Positions 61,565 through 64,000 of a DNA stretch of 64,000 nucleotides are shown piece by piece. The position numbers were made by a program, and so were the translations under genes. Numbering within the stretch: the stretch's first letter is position 1; the number at the start of each line of letters is the position of its first letter. This DNA comes from Leptogorgia sarmentosa (taxonomy: Eukaryota): positions 10,230,001 through 10,294,000 of the forward strand of contig OZ210885.1 in the NCBI GenBank assembly GCA_964658305.1, given 5' to 3'. The notes under the pieces were generated by a model. It saw only the letters and a list, made by a program, of their open reading frames with translations. It did no database searches and was not told the origin of the DNA.

Positions 61565-64000
61565 CTAGAGAAATCAGAAATATATCATGAAGTCAAAAAA
61601 AAGTTTCATTACTTTGATCTTTTAGGATGTGTATTTTTGGCAAAAAAATTCTTGTTGGATATGGTACAAATTTGTCAATCAAGAGTCTTCGCACAACAGT
61701 GATAGTAGCAATTATTTAAATATTGTAGCAGTGAAACAAGATTTACGTAGTGTACAATAAGGATGGCCTCAGGTGCACAGTAGAATACTTGCAGACTCCC
61801 GGGAAACGCGAGACAGAAGAATATCGGTGTAATCAATAGTGATGCTCGTTTTGCTCGATTAAGGGCCTTATTCAAATGCTTAAAATAAAGGATTCTATAA
61901 TCTATCTGTCAATGTTGTTTCTTACATACCTTTCTACGTTAATACGATCCTACCATCAGAAAAGTTGAATTTAACGTTGAACTCAAATGACAAATTTGAA
62001 TTGAACTCCCTACAAACGCAAATAAATATGGTTTTTGCCTTTCGTTTCGTGGTGGACAGCAACTACACACATTCAGAATTAAAGAAGATTTCAAAATTCA
62101 TTAGTAAATACAAGCACTGCCACTATTCATCACCAAAAGGCATACGATAGAAATACATTCACCATATATACATCCGTATACATCTGTATATACATTTTAA
62201 GCATCAGACCACTTTTTCCATGCTTGTTTTTGCCAACAACAACATGTGATGATCCAGAAAGATTATGACAAGATCTCGAACGTCAAAGAAGAGCTGATAA
62301 CAACATCAACAGACAGCAAAGAAAGGTTCTACTTAAACGACACATTTGATATTTCGAGTAAAGGCCCATCTTCCGGCGGCAATTTGTAATTAAGTAACTC
62401 CCAACGAAGGGCCTTCGCTCAAAACGTCCAATCTTCTGCTGATCACACATGGCGGGACGTTATGAAGATAAATCTTGCATGAATGTTGCAACATTTTGGG
62501 AAAATTTTGTCGAGGCCTTTAATATGTGTTATGCCAGGAACATACAAGATCATGATTGAATGATAATACAATCTTGGCAAGAGCATGGCAAGATCTCGGA
62601 TCATGGGTAAGTTGTGGCAACAGAATGGGAAGATCCAGCAAAATCATGAAGATTTAGAAATACAGATACAAAAGGAGATAAAGATACAAAAGGAGAGAAA
62701 CTACCCACAAAAAATGAAATCCTAATTTTAACATTATGTTGAAATTGGGTTAATGTGTGAGTGCGATGACTGATTATCGACAACCAGCAATTTTTTTTCC
62801 ACTATCTACATATTAAATGATGCCACAAGGTTTGACATTTTGAACAACTGGGCTCTTTGTCAGGAAATATTGTGGGAGATGAGAGACACATGGGGTTATA
62901 TACAATTGCATTAAGTAATCTATATATGTAGGTGACTAAAATAAAAACCATATTGGAAAACCATTGACAACAAAGATGTTAATATGTTCACATTCATAAA
63001 AATAATATGTGCACTTTTCCTTAACTATCAACACTGATTCTCGATCAAGGAGCACCTCATGCTTGTCGATTCTGTTATCCGCTGGTAATACTGACCACAT
63101 TCTGAAGTTTGTTACTGGACAATTAACTTACCTTAATTTATTTTATAATCTCAGGAAACTAAATGTTCTAATTTGGCAGCCTTGATTCAGGTTGAAAATC
63201 AAGTTTTTCACACAATGTATTGTTGTTGGATGATGTCAACAGGTGAGCCAATCACATTTCTATAAGGGGATAAAAAAATGGGGCAGAGCCAGTGTTAACT
63301 TTCACAAGAAATCAACAATTTCATTGATGTTTCATAGACCAACTAAATGTTGTGGTCCTACTTTATTATAACATGACCCAAACTAAAAAGTATAGTATAT
63401 ATAATACTAAAAAGTATAATATATCATTGCCCCCTCCCCTTGTTCTCCCCCACCTCCCATCTATACTCTAAGCTATCGGCAAAGTACAGGAATATATAAT
63501 AAATGAGATAATCAATGTGAGGATTATATCTAGCTACCATGTTTAAGACCTGATTATGACCAGGGATGGGAAATAAAACACTTAATGTTCTTTGGCAGTA
63601 TCTGTGGCAGTTTGATTTTGTTTGGACAGTATTATATACCAACTGAGCAATAACAACCAACCATCTGCACAAATACAAGATAAATCTACATGAACTTAAA
63701 GTCATTACTCAACAAGTGACTTCTATAGCTCGGTCGGTCAGAATGCTGGTCTGGAATCTCATGGTTACAATTCCTGACAGTCAGGTTTTATAGATTCAAA
63801 CAGTTTATAAACTTATCATAAGCTAACAAATCTGACAATGAAAATTAAAGTAAAATGTGCGAGAGGCAGGGGGATTTTTCCAGTAAGTGGCAGAAAGAAA
63901 CTCATGTCTAGCTTGACAGTTTATGTACATGCAAAATGGAAATTAAGGAATGAAAACATGTGGGCAAAAAACATGCATGATTTGTTTTGCAGTTTCAGGC

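Noticed and set aside
63718..63780. tRNA-derived SINE head or tRNA
   Set aside because: An A-box-like motif is present, but the B box is degenerate and there is no cloverleaf.

Overview
AT-rich, intron-rich animal genomic DNA; the gene families and repeats suggest an anthozoan cnidarian (inference). The main feature is a ~47 kb minus-strand gene that I assembled by hand into 16 phase-compatible GT-AG coding exons (58943->11742, 5091 nt, ~1696 aa). It encodes an Apaf-1-like STAND protein (NB-ARC, Apaf-1 helical domain, WD40 repeats) whose N-terminus carries no CARD but a DZIP3-type HEPN-like domain with an intact Rx4H motif (RNPWAH). A dead NACHT exon lies in the intron between the HEPN/coiled-coil exons and the first NB-ARC exon. 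This suggests a chimera in which the effector of a NACHT gene was grafted onto an NB-ARC-WD40 sensor. Downstream of the gene are a partly decayed mixed tRNA cluster (4.35-7.1 kb), a truncated Gypsy-type gag with its primer-binding site, and an OTU/vertnin-like fragment. The introns hold many non-autonomous DNA transposons (Kolobok-, hAT-, Tc1/mariner-, PIF/Harbinger-, Helitron/Helentron- and Crypton-like). An inverted Penelope-like repeat with minimal hammerhead motifs lies upstream of the first coding exon.
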